This document shows, in pieces, positions 63,392 to 64,000 of a stretch of DNA of 64,000 bases. How positions within the stretch are numbered: the stretch's first letter is position 1; each line of letters starts with the position of its first letter. Source of the stretch: Dehalococcoidia bacterium (lineage in GTDB: Bacteria > Chloroflexota > Dehalococcoidia > Lucifugimonadales > UBA1127); assembly GCA_965217675.1 (NCBI GenBank), contig OZ244559.1:1986126-2050125 (forward strand). Direction: 5' to 3'. The translations under genes were made by a program, and so were the position numbers. The notes below the pieces were generated by a model. The model searched no databases, had not been told where the DNA came from, and saw nothing but the letters and a program-made list of their open reading frames with translations.

Positions 63392-64000
63392 TTACCAGAG
63401 CTGCTCCGACGCCATTCGCGCACCCTCAGCGAGGGACGCCAGCTTGGCCCAGACAATTCCCGGCTGCACGTTGGGCGCTGTGCTGGCGAAGGTGCCGAAG
63501 CCGCAGTCCGAACCCGCGATGACCCGCTCCTTGCCGACCACACCCGCGTAGGCGACGATTCGCTGCGCCACCAGCTCCGGGTGCTCAATGAAGTTGGTGG
63601 TGGAGTCGATGACGCCGGGGATGAGGACCATGTCGTCCGGCAGGGGAACGTCCTTGAAGACGGCCCACTCGTGCTCGTGCCTGGGGTTGGCGCCCTCCAT
63701 GGAGATGGCGCCTACGTTGGCCTTGAGCACCACCGGCATGATGTCGCGCAGGGGCACGTCGCGGTGGTGCGGGCCCTCGTAGTTGCCCCAGCAGAGGTGC
63801 AGCCGAACGCGGTCGGCGGGGATGCCGCTGATGGCGTGGTTCAGCGCTTCGATGTTGCCCTCGGCGATCTTGAGGAATTCCTCCAGGCTCAGGTCCGGGA
63901 AGCGCATATGACGGCCCATGGCCAGGTCCGGGCAGTCGAGTTGCAACAGGAACCCCGCCTCGTTGATGGCCTCAAATTCCTGCTTCATGACGTCGGCCAG
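63392..64000 (-). CDS. Cobalamin-independent methionine-synthase-like (MetE C-terminal / Meth_synt_2 family) protein; N-terminal part outside the window
   Basis: The frame is open to the window end. Contains ...LQLDCPDLA..., ...RLHLCWGNYEGPHH..., ...ISMEGANPRHEHEW..., ...IAGSDCGFG..., typical of this Zn-dependent methyltransferase-like family. Confidence 0.7.
   Translation of the reverse strand: MADVMKQEFEAINEAGFLLQLDCPDLAMGRHMRFPDLSLEEFLKIAEGNIEALNHAISGIPADRVRLHLCWGNYEGPHHRDVPLRDIMPVVLKANVGAISMEGANPRHEHEWAVFKDVPLPDDMVLIPGVIDSTTNFIEHPELVAQRIVAYAGVVGKERVIAGSDCGFGTFASTAPNVQPGIVWAKLASLAEGARMASEQLW

Overview
High-GC (mid-60s % by eye), gene-dense bacterial chromosomal window with about 70 protein-coding genes on both strands. 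All calls are made by eye from the ORF translations and raw sequence, with no searches run, so family names are recollections of signature motifs.

I found no rRNA, tRNA, CRISPR array, integrase or transposase.

**Housekeeping blocks**
- aroQ / Xaa-Pro aminopeptidase / efp
- xseA and xseB
- a full sufBCDSU operon ending in an Rrf2 regulator
- pntAA-pntAB-pntB transhydrogenase
- ubiD-ubiA-ubiX
- an ECF sigma / anti-sigma pair

**Accessory and catabolic content**
- three luciferase-like (LLM) flavin/F420 oxidoreductases
- a Rieske oxygenase
- a GatA/AtzE-like amidase with a small GatC-like partner
- four MDR alcohol dehydrogenases, two of them a tandem duplicate
- a ThDP enzyme and a VOC protein
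- two MFS transporters
- three orphan solute-binding lipoproteins
- a MacB-type ABC pair
- a BacNav-type voltage-gated channel

This mix, together with SD-type RBSs, several apparently leaderless genes and REP-like repeats that translate to the familiar VIPARAGIQ / LSLSKG peptides, suggests a Chloroflexota-like (SAR202/Thermomicrobia-type) or similar genome. That lineage guess is unverified.

**Small modules**
- DUF4160/DUF2442
- two PIN + RHH pairs
- HicBA

**Most interesting unexplained items**
1. A roughly 1.6-kb low-GC islet (32.6-34.2 kb) carries a single 356-aa Cys/His-rich orphan gene. It sits between aroQ and a ThDP enzyme.
2. A leaderless XRE regulator is co-transcribed with an unrecognisable 331-aa protein (13.3-14.7 kb).
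3. A four-gene cassette of small unknown proteins lies at 47.2-48.6 kb. It comprises a TM peptide, a Pro-rich peptide, a PaREP1-like protein and a double Cys-cluster protein.
4. A Cro/YdaS-like HTH appears fused to inositol-3-phosphate synthase.
5. A tandem pair of retropepsin-like proteins, one with a degenerate active site, is translationally coupled to ubiX.
6. A phased 21-22-bp repeat array and other REP-like repeats fill a 900-bp intergenic region (23.75-24.65 kb).
7. EF-P lacks the canonical modified Lys/Arg at the aligned loop-tip position.
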